A DNA stretch of 20,000 nt from Deltaproteobacteria bacterium. Lineage in GTDB: Bacteria > Myxococcota > JACRCW01. The notes under the pieces were generated by a model. The model worked only from the letters and a program-made list of their open reading frames with translations. It was not told where the DNA came from and made no database searches. The position numbers and the translations under genes were made by a program. This document shows positions 7,303 through 14,062 of the stretch, one piece after another (the first letter of the stretch is position 1; each line of letters opens with the position of its first letter). The DNA is taken from assembly GCA_016218805.1 (NCBI GenBank), contig JACRCW010000085.1, positions 112,047 to 132,046 on the forward strand, written 5' to 3'.

Positions 7303-8766
7303 TCAGCGCATGCCGGCGGGCGGCCAGTCCTGCGCCGCCACGGGCTCAAACGTTTCGCCCGCCAGCACCTGTTCCAGCACACCCGGCCGCGCCACCACGA
7401 CGACGACGGTCCGCGCCGGGTCCAGGAACGCGCCGGCGTGGGCCACGCCTTCCGCGGGGTCCATGGCCCACAACAGCGCCGGCGTCCGCCAGCTTTCACC
7501 CGGGTGCAGTCCCAGGCGGAACTCGTCCAGCACGGCCGCCGCCAGGTCTGAGACCCCGTCCACCCCGGCCGCGTGCGCCAGCGCGTTGGCGCGCGCCGCG
7601 CGGCGGAACGCGTCTGCGCTCACCTGCCCGGCGGCCGCGGCCGCCAGCGCGCGGCGGGCGGACCGCAGCACCTGGGCCGCGTCTCGCGCGGATGCGGAGG
7701 TCCCAAGGTACCAGGCCGCTCCCAGCCGCGCGGGCAGCAGCCCGGCCTCCACGCCGTACACCAGGCCGCGCCGCGTGCGCAGTTCGGCCACCAGCGTGGA
7801 CGAGAAACCGTTGGCCAGCGTCTCCAGGACCGCGCCCAGCGCCGCGGCGGGCGCGCTCCCCGGCGGCGGCGCACGCCCACCCAGGCGCAGGTAGACGGTG
7901 TCTCCCACGTCGGCTGTGACGCCCACCACGGCGGCGCGGGAGTCGCCCCGCGCGGGCGCGGGTGCAGGCGGCAGGTGGGCGGCCTGGACATCAGCCGCGG
8001 GCCGGCACTCCGCCACGGCAGCAGCCAGCCAGGAGGTGTCCGGCGCGGAGATCACCAGCAGCGCCCCGGCTGACCGTGCAGCCGCGCGGTGGAACGCGCG
8101 CAGCGCGTCGGGAGGGGGCAGGTCGTCCGGGGCGGGGACGGGGGGAAGCGCCAGCGCGTGGCCCGGGAACACGCGGGACAGCAGCACGTCCTCCGCCAGG
8201 CCCGGCGTACCCTGGGCGCGCTCGGCATCCAGGTCGGCCGCGCGGTCCAGCGCCAGGCGGACGTCGTCATCATTCCAGGCGGGCCGAAACGCGGTGGCAC
8301 ACGCCACGCGCAGCGCATCCCGCGCGTGCGCCGCCGGCCCGCGCGCCTCCAGCACCACCTGCTCCGGCCACGCGGAGGACCGAAGGGTCACGCCGTGCTC
8401 ATCCAGCCAGCGCCCCGCCTCCTCGCCCCCCGCCAACGCCAGCGGCCCGCCGTCCGCCGCCGGCACCCACGCGGAGCCCTCCTCCAACAGCAACGCCAGC
8501 ACCGCCGCGGCACCGCGCGTTGCCGCCGTCTCATGCAGGCTGCCGGCGGGCAGCGCCAGGAGCAGTGCAAAGCGGCTCTCGTCCGCGTCCCGCGCCAGCC
8601 GCGCCACCATCAGCCCGTGCGCCGTGGTGAAGTGCGTCAGCTCCGGCCCCGGCCACTGCAGCGCAGGCGGCAGGCCGCTGGGAGCGGGTGCCGCCGGCGC
8701 GCGGCCGCCGGAACAACCGGTGGCCACCAGCAGCGCCAGCACCAGGACGCGCGGCGGCCCCGTCAC
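7303..8766 (-). CDS. M16 (insulinase/pitrilysin) family non-catalytic subunit, predicted lipoprotein
   Basis: GTG 8766 overlaps the upstream stop. Lipobox-like 'LLVATGC'. M16 features 'AGSLHE..RGAA..L' (HxxEH lost) and 'GFSSTLVAELRTRRGLVYGV'. Confidence 0.8.
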   Translation of the reverse strand: MTGPPRVLVLALLVATGCSGGRAPAAPAPSGLPPALQWPGPELTHFTTAHGLMVARLARDADESRFALLLALPAGSLHETAATRGAAAVLALLLEEGSAWVPAADGGPLALAGGEEAGRWLDEHGVTLRSSAWPEQVVLEARGPAAHARDALRVACATAFRPAWNDDDVRLALDRAADLDAERAQGTPGLAEDVLLSRVFPGHALALPPVPAPDDLPPPDALRAFHRAAARSAGALLVISAPDTSWLAAAVAECRPAADVQAAHLPPAPAPARGDSRAAVVGVTADVGDTVYLRLGGRAPPPGSAPAAALGAVLETLANGFSSTLVAELRTRRGLVYGVEAGLLPARLGAAWYLGTSASARDAAQVLRSARRALAAAAAGQVSADAFRRAARANALAHAAGVDGVSDLAAAVLDEFRLGLHPGESWRTPALLWAMDPAEGVAHAGAFLDPARTVVVVVARPGVLEQVLAGETFEPVAAQDWPPAGMR

Positions 8767-10085
8767 GGTGGTTCCCCGGCAACCACCGCCACCCGCGCCA
8801 GCGCGCCGGGTTGACGCAGCGCCTCGGCACGGCGGCGCACATCCAGGCTGCGCACGCCCCACACATCGCGCTGGCGGGCCGCGTGCGCGCCCGGCCGGCC
8901 CAGCAGCGCCGTGTCCACCGCCAGGCGCTCCGCCAGCCCCACGTGCCACCCCACCTCCTTCTGCAGCGACGTGACGACGTAACCGCGCGCCGCATCCAGC
9001 GCGCCCGGTGCGGGACCCCCGTCCGCCAGCGCGGCCAGCACCGCCGCCAGGTGCGCCTCCACCAGGTCCGCGTGCCCGGGTTCCGGCGCCTGGGCGGTGA
9101 TCACCAGGTCGCCGTGGTGCGCTTGCGGGCGGTACTCGGTGTGGAACTCGGTACCCGGACCGGGCGACGGTGGGTCCGGCAACCGCGCGGCCGCATCCCC
9201 GTCCAGCAGGCGCGCCAGCACGCGGTCCACCGCTTCTCCCGGCGAGCCCAGCGCGGCCGCCCGCGCGCCCCACACCACCGCTCCGGCGCGGCCGCGCATC
9301 ACGCTCAGGCGGGCATCCACCGGCCCCGGGGGCGGACCCGGCCGCGGTGCGCCGGGGAGCACCGTGGCGGGCCGCCATGACGTCATGGCAGCGCGCAGCA
9401 CGGGCAGCGCTTCAGCAGGGTCAACCGCGCCGGCCAGCACCAGCACGGACCGCCCGGGCTCCAGGTGCGCGGAGGCCCACGCGCGCACCTCCGCCGGCGC
9501 AATGGCCGCCACCTCCGCGGGCCACCCCAGCACCGGCCGCCCGAACGCGTGCGCCCCCCACAGCCGCGCCACCACACCCTCGTCGGCGGCGGCCAGCGGT
9601 GGTTCCTCCACGCGGAAGCGCCGCTCGTCGGCCACCACGCGCTTCTCCCGGGCCAGGTCCGCGTCCGTGAACTCCAGCCGCGCCAGGCGCGCGGCGTGGA
9701 CGGCCACCGCTTCGCGCAGGACCGCCGGGCTGAACTCCTCCACCAGCACCGTGTAGTCCCCCAGCGTGAACGCGTTGGACCGCAACCCCAGCGCCTCCGC
9801 GTGCGCGTCCGAGCGCGGGCCCGCACCACCGCCGGATTCAAACAGCAGGTGCTCCGCCAGGTGTGCCAGCCCGGAGCGCCCCGGCGGGTCCGTGGTGGCG
9901 CCGCCCGGCACCACGGTGGCCATCCCGCACCACGGCACCCGCCCGCGCGGCACCACCACCACCCGCAGGCCGTTGTCCAGCACCGCCTCCACCCGCGCGC
10001 GCGTTTCCCAGGACCGGGCGCCCTCCTCCACCCAGGCCGGCACCGGCGCCGCGCCGGCCATCCATGCCAGCAGCGCCAGCATCAC
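8763..10085 (-). CDS. M16B zinc metallopeptidase, catalytic subunit
   Basis: 'LDNGLRVVVV', 'DPPGRSGLAHLAEHLLF' (HxxEH), 'NAFT..DYT', 'EKRVVADERRFR', 'RPVLGW'. Start GTG 10085 or ATG 10082, overlapping the carboxyltransferase stop. Confidence 0.9.
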   Translation of the reverse strand: MMLALLAWMAGAAPVPAWVEEGARSWETRARVEAVLDNGLRVVVVPRGRVPWCGMATVVPGGATTDPPGRSGLAHLAEHLLFESGGGAGPRSDAHAEALGLRSNAFTLGDYTVLVEEFSPAVLREAVAVHAARLARLEFTDADLAREKRVVADERRFRVEEPPLAAADEGVVARLWGAHAFGRPVLGWPAEVAAIAPAEVRAWASAHLEPGRSVLVLAGAVDPAEALPVLRAAMTSWRPATVLPGAPRPGPPPGPVDARLSVMRGRAGAVVWGARAAALGSPGEAVDRVLARLLDGDAAARLPDPPSPGPGTEFHTEYRPQAHHGDLVITAQAPEPGHADLVEAHLAAVLAALADGGPAPGALDAARGYVVTSLQKEVGWHVGLAERLAVDTALLGRPGAHAARQRDVWGVRSLDVRRRAEALRQPGALARVAVVAGEPP

Positions 10086-11602
10086 GTGGGCGGATTCAAC
10101 CGGCGGCGCGGCGGCAGCGCCGTCACGCCACCGCGCAGCAGGGACAGCGTGCGGCACAGCGCGGCACGCAGTTCCTCGGGCAACACCACGCGGTCCACCA
10201 GGCCCGCCTCCGCCGCGGCGTGCGCGCGGTCGCGTTCGCGGATGAAGGTCTGCTTGCGCGCTGCCAGTTCCTCCTCCGTCAACTCCGCCCCGTGCGCCAG
10301 GATGGCCGCCGCCGCGTCCGCACCCACCACGTCATAGCGCGCGTGCGGCAGCGCCAGGACCACGTCACCGGTGTACGCCAGCACGGACGCCCCCCCGTAG
10401 CTCTTCCCCAGCACCACGCTCACCCGCGGCACGCCGGCCGCGCCGTAGGCGGACAACAGCTTGGCCCCGTGCAACAGGATGCCGCCCTGCTCCTGGCTGC
10501 GCCCCGGCACAAACCCCGGCACGTCCGCCAACGTCACAATGGGCAGGTTGAACGCCCCGCACAGCTGCACAAACCGCGCGCCCTTGCGCGCCGCTTCCAC
10601 GTCCAGCGCGCCCGCCCGGTGCCGCGGCTGGCTGGCCACCACGCCCACCGCGTGCCCGTCCAGCCGGGCGAGCGCGGTCACCAGGTTGCGCGCGTAGCGC
10701 GGGGACCACTCCAGCAGCGAGTCACGGTCCACCACCGCCTGCACCACCGGCAGCACGTCATACGCCTTGCGCCGGGACACCGGGAGCAGGTCCCACAACT
10801 CCGGCGTGGCCCGGCCGGGCGGGTCCCCCGTGTCCCGCACCGGCGCGGAGCCGTCAAAGCGTGACGGCAGGTAGGACAGCAGGCGGCGCGCGGCGTCCAC
10901 GGCCGCGGCGTCGTCCGGAACCACCAGGTTGGCCGCACCGCTCACGGTGGCGTGCATCACCGCACCACCCAGGTCCTCCATCGGCGTGTCTTCGCCCGTG
11001 ATGGTGCGGGTGACCTTGGAGCCGGTGATGAACATGAACCCCCACGGCTCCACCATCACCACGCTGTCCGCCAGCGCCGCGGTGTACGCCGCCGCCCCCA
11101 CGCACAGCCCGCACACCACCGCCACCTGCGGCACCACGCCGGAGGCCTCCACGGACGCGCGGATGATCTCGCCGTAACCGCGGATGGCACCCGGTCCCTC
11201 GTCCACCCGCGCGCCGTCGCTGTCATGCAGGCCCACCACCGGGAAACCGTGCGCCAACGCGTGCCGGTACAACCGCACCACCTTGCCCGCGCCGTCCTCG
11301 CCCAGCGCGCCGCGGCGCACCGTCACATCATGCGCAAACGCCGCCACACCCCGCCCGTCCACCCGCCCCACCGCGGTGACCACGCCGTCCCCGCGCGCCC
11401 GTTCCGCGCCGCGGCCCCGGTGTGTCACGTGCCGGCCCAGCTCGTCGTACTCGCCGCCGTCAAACAGCCGCGCCAGCCGGTCACGCGCCGTGAGCCGCCC
11501 CAGCTTCCTCTGGCGCTCCAACCGGTGGCGGCCGCCGCCCGCCTCCGCGGCTTCCTCCTCGGCGCGCCACGCCTCCGTCATGCGTTCCCTGTCGCTGGCC
11601 AC
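10082..11602 (-). CDS. Acyl-CoA carboxylase carboxyltransferase (beta) subunit, PccB/AccD-like
   Basis: 'GRLTARDRLARLFD', 'GDGVVTAVGRVDGR', 'FMFITGSKV', 'EDLGGA..H...SG', 'KGARFVQLCGAFNLPIVTLADVPGFVPG..QE.GGI..HGAKLL', 'KSYGGA'. Start GTG 11602 (GGAGG 5 nt upstream) or ATG 11581. Confidence 0.93.
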   Translation of the reverse strand: MASDRERMTEAWRAEEEAAEAGGGRHRLERQRKLGRLTARDRLARLFDGGEYDELGRHVTHRGRGAERARGDGVVTAVGRVDGRGVAAFAHDVTVRRGALGEDGAGKVVRLYRHALAHGFPVVGLHDSDGARVDEGPGAIRGYGEIIRASVEASGVVPQVAVVCGLCVGAAAYTAALADSVVMVEPWGFMFITGSKVTRTITGEDTPMEDLGGAVMHATVSGAANLVVPDDAAAVDAARRLLSYLPSRFDGSAPVRDTGDPPGRATPELWDLLPVSRRKAYDVLPVVQAVVDRDSLLEWSPRYARNLVTALARLDGHAVGVVASQPRHRAGALDVEAARKGARFVQLCGAFNLPIVTLADVPGFVPGRSQEQGGILLHGAKLLSAYGAAGVPRVSVVLGKSYGGASVLAYTGDVVLALPHARYDVVGADAAAAILAHGAELTEEELAARKQTFIRERDRAHAAAEAGLVDRVVLPEELRAALCRTLSLLRGGVTALPPRRRLNPPT

Positions 11603-11662
11603 GCCCACCTCCACCGTTGGAACTGTTTCACGCGCCGCCGAGCCGGAAATCAAGCACCGGCC

Positions 11663-11691
11663 TTGCGGGTGCACCCACGCCGCGTCACACT
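11663..11691 (+). promoter_or_regulatory. Putative sigma70-type promoter for the alpha/beta hydrolase
   Basis: TTGCGG (11663-11668), 17 nt, CACACT (11686-11691), then 9 nt to ATG 11701; no SD. Confidence 0.3.
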
Positions 11692-11700
11692 CCGCCGCGC

Positions 11701-12753
11701 ATGCTGCAACGCCTGCTGTCCGCCACGGCCGCCCAGTTGGATCGGGCGGTGAGCCACGCCGCCGTGGGCCTGCTGTCCCGCCACAAGGTGGCCACGCTGG
11801 ACCACCCGGCGCGCGTCACCGCCCTGCGCGGCCTGGTGCAGCGCTATGCGGACCCCGCCTTCCGCGCCGAGCCGGACCGCTTCTTCCCGCGCGTGTCCGC
11901 CACGGTGGACGCCGTGCACGCGGGAACTCGGGGCGCGCTGGAGGTCACCGACCTGTCCTGGGACAGCCGGTTTCACCCGTTTTCCGACGACGTGGCCGCC
12001 ACCTATGACCGTGACCCGCGCAACCGCCGCGCCTACGCGCGGCTGTACTCCGTGGGGGAGGGCGGCCGCCCCGCCGTGGTGCTGGTGCACGGGTTCCTGT
12101 GCGGCCAGTGGTCCGTGGAGGAGAAACTCTGGCCGCTGGCGGCGTTTTCGCGGTGGGGGCTGGATGCGGCGCTGCTGGTGCTCCCGTTCCACGCCCTGCG
12201 CAGCGCACCCATGTCACGCCCGCGCTTTCCCGGCGCGGACCCGCGCCTCAACATTGAAGGCTTCCGCCAGTCCATCCAGGACCTGCGCGTGCTGGTGGAG
12301 TTCCTGCGCGCGCGCGGCGCCACCGCGGTGGGGCTGATGGGCATGAGCCTGGGCGGCTACGTGTCCGCACTGGCCGCTACATTGGACCCATTTGACTTTG
12401 TTGTGCCGATGATTCCATTGGGTTCTATTGCGGACTTTGCCCGTGACGGCGGACGCCTGGGCGGCACCCCCGACGAGCGCTACCTGCAGCACCGCCTGTT
12501 GGATGACTGCTACGGCGTGGTCAGCCCGTTCTCCCGCCCGCCGCGCGTCCGCCCCGAGGCGGCCCTGGTCATCACCGGTGACGGCGACCGCGTGACCCCC
12601 GCCAACCACGCGCGCCGCCTGGCGGACCATTTCCAGGCGCGCCTGCACGTGTTCCACGGCGGACACCTGCTGCAATTCGGCCGCGCGCACGGCTTCCGGG
12701 CCGTCGGCACCATGCTGGATCGCCTCGGGTTGCGGCACCGCGCTGCCGGGTGA
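11701..12753 (+). CDS. Alpha/beta hydrolase (Ser-Asp-His triad)
   Basis: 'VVLVHGF' oxyanion segment, 'GMSLGG' nucleophile elbow, 'GDGDRVTP' acid, 'FHGGHL' His. Confidence 0.88.
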   Translation: MLQRLLSATAAQLDRAVSHAAVGLLSRHKVATLDHPARVTALRGLVQRYADPAFRAEPDRFFPRVSATVDAVHAGTRGALEVTDLSWDSRFHPFSDDVAATYDRDPRNRRAYARLYSVGEGGRPAVVLVHGFLCGQWSVEEKLWPLAAFSRWGLDAALLVLPFHALRSAPMSRPRFPGADPRLNIEGFRQSIQDLRVLVEFLRARGATAVGLMGMSLGGYVSALAATLDPFDFVVPMIPLGSIADFARDGGRLGGTPDERYLQHRLLDDCYGVVSPFSRPPRVRPEAALVITGDGDRVTPANHARRLADHFQARLHVFHGGHLLQFGRAHGFRAVGTMLDRLGLRHRAAG

Positions 12754-12769
12754 CGTCCGGTTGACGTGG

Positions 12770-13033
12770 CACCCCGCACCGCGTGCCTTGCCCCCCCGCA
12801 CCGCGTGCCTTGCCTCCCCGCACCGCGCGCCTTGCTGCCCCGCACCGCGCGCCTTGCTACCCCGCACCGCGCGCCTTGCTACCCCGCACCGCGCGCCTAG
12901 CCCCACCGTCCCGCATGCCTCGCCCCCCCGTCCCGCATGCCTCGCCCCCCCGTCCCGCACGCCTTGCTACCCCCTCCCGCATGCCTCGCCCCCCCGTCCC
13001 GCATGCCTTGCTACCCCCTCCCGCATGCCTGAG
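12770..13033. repeat. Tandem array of 12 x 22-bp imperfect direct repeats
   Basis: 16-bp cores start at 12776, 12798, 12820 ... 13018 (exact 22-bp period). Units 1-6 have core GCACCGCG(T/C)GCCT(T/A)GC; units 7-12 have (G/C)TCCCGCA(T/C)GCCT(C/T)GC, with unit 12 degenerate at its end. Cores are joined by 6-bp C-rich linkers (CCCCCC, CTCCCC, TGCCCC, TACCCC, CCCACC). Confidence 0.95.
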
Positions 13034-13162
13034 TGTGGCGTTTTCACAGCGGTTTATTCCATGCAGGCCTGTGTGGCCCGCAAGCTGGTTGGCTTGTTGA
13101 ATCGGTGGGGGCGGACGGAGCGCACCGGGTGGGCTGCCGCCAAATGGGCGAGGCGGTCGCGT

Positions 13163-13870
13163 TCAGCCGGGCAGCGCCGGCAGGACCGCGTCAATGTCCG
13201 GGTCCGCCGGTTCCGCCGGGGTGGCGGGTGCACCACGCCGGGTGGCGGGCGGGTTGCGCAATGCCGCCGCTTCCTTGGACCGGTCACCGAACTTCGCCCG
13301 GACCAACTTCCGGAAAGTCGTGAAATCGGCCATGGCAGCCGCAGAGGCGGCGGCCAGTTCGGCGGTTGTCAGGTCCGCACCGTCTGACGCCTGGTCCGCT
13401 TCAGCCGCTTCCTTGTCGTAGGTCGCGCGCAGGGGACGCAGCGTATTGAGCGCCTCCTCGGCAAACTCAAAGCGGCGCTGCAGCAGCGGAACATTGCCGT
13501 CCGTGTCGCGTTTGAGTTCCGTTTCCAGGTGATCCACCAGGGCGTCCATATTGATGGCGAAATCGTCCTCGCCCGTGGTGCCGGACCGGAACTCCGCCAA
13601 CATCAGCCCCGGGTCCACCGCCAGGCATTGGAGCCGGCTGGTTGCGTAGGCGTGACCCAATGGCGCCAGCGCGGTGTTCTTTTCCGCGACTTCCTTCTTC
13701 CGTGCCCGCAACGCCGCGGCATTGGCGCGCGCCGCCTTCAGCAGCGTGTCCAACCGGCCTTGCAGCACCGGGCCCCACTTCTGGCCGGACACCCAGGTGG
13801 GGTTGGCTGCACAACACGTCGTGCAGCGACGCGTACGAATCGCAAGGTCCCGCAATGACATCTCCGCCAT
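13163..13870 (-). CDS. Hypothetical alpha-helical (coiled-coil/helix-bundle) protein, 235 aa
   Basis: ATG 13870 with GGGGAG upstream. Ala/Glu/Lys-rich amphipathic helices, N-terminal 'CTTCC', 'FRKLVRAKFGDRSKEAAALR' near the C-terminus and a Pro-rich tail. The supplied 14170 start overlaps the divergent gene and is unlikely. Confidence 0.72.
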   Translation of the reverse strand: MAEMSLRDLAIRTRRCTTCCAANPTWVSGQKWGPVLQGRLDTLLKAARANAAALRARKKEVAEKNTALAPLGHAYATSRLQCLAVDPGLMLAEFRSGTTGEDDFAINMDALVDHLETELKRDTDGNVPLLQRRFEFAEEALNTLRPLRATYDKEAAEADQASDGADLTTAELAAASAAAMADFTTFRKLVRAKFGDRSKEAAALRNPPATRRGAPATPAEPADPDIDAVLPALPG

Positions 13871-13965
13871 GATCAACGACTCCCCTCGCGCGGTGTGGTT
13901 GAGGTTGAACGGCCGCGCGGCGCGCCGAATAGGCGAGTTCCTTTGCGGAAGGCAATGGCGTGGTT

Positions 13966-13988
13966 GACGCGTAGCGGCGTTACGCGTC
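13966..13988. promoter_or_regulatory. Inverted repeat (possible operator) in the divergent intergenic region
   Basis: GACGCGTA-N7-TACGCGTC perfect 8-bp arms, overlapping a TTGACG hexamer (13964-13969). Confidence 0.35.
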
Positions 13989-14062
13989 GGAATGCGGCAT
14001 GTAGCCCTGGACCGTGCGGGGGAAAGCGCGGAGCCTCGCGAAGTCCGCTTGGGGAGGTTCCT

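Noticed and set aside
8767..9378. N-terminal extension of the 691-aa ORF 7303..9378
   Set aside because: It overlaps the catalytic M16 gene and is low-complexity; GTG 8766 gives a clean lipoprotein signal and a stop/start overlap.
7303..10085. M16 peptidase pair as the maturation protease for the MNIO locus (PqqF/G-like)
   Set aside because: It lies >3 kb away on the opposite strand, is coupled to a carboxyltransferase and appears exported; nothing in the sequence links it to the MNIO.
12770..13033. CRISPR array or TIGR-type guide array
   Set aside because: Units are head-to-tail 22-mers with no unique spacers, and no cas or Nop-domain gene is recognisable in the window.
13031..13105. Plasmid-type iteron origin (22-bp repeats plus an 8/9 DnaA-box-like GTTTTCACA)
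   Set aside because: No Rep gene is recognised, there is no truly AT-rich unwinding region, the repeats are too degenerate, and a single imperfect box is expected by chance.
12761..13387. ORFs running through the 22-bp array (12761..13387 +, 12783..13100 +, 12214..12960 -)
   Set aside because: The 22-bp period is out of codon phase, the translations are low-complexity Pro/Arg/Ala, there is no RBS, and they overlap real genes on the opposite strand.
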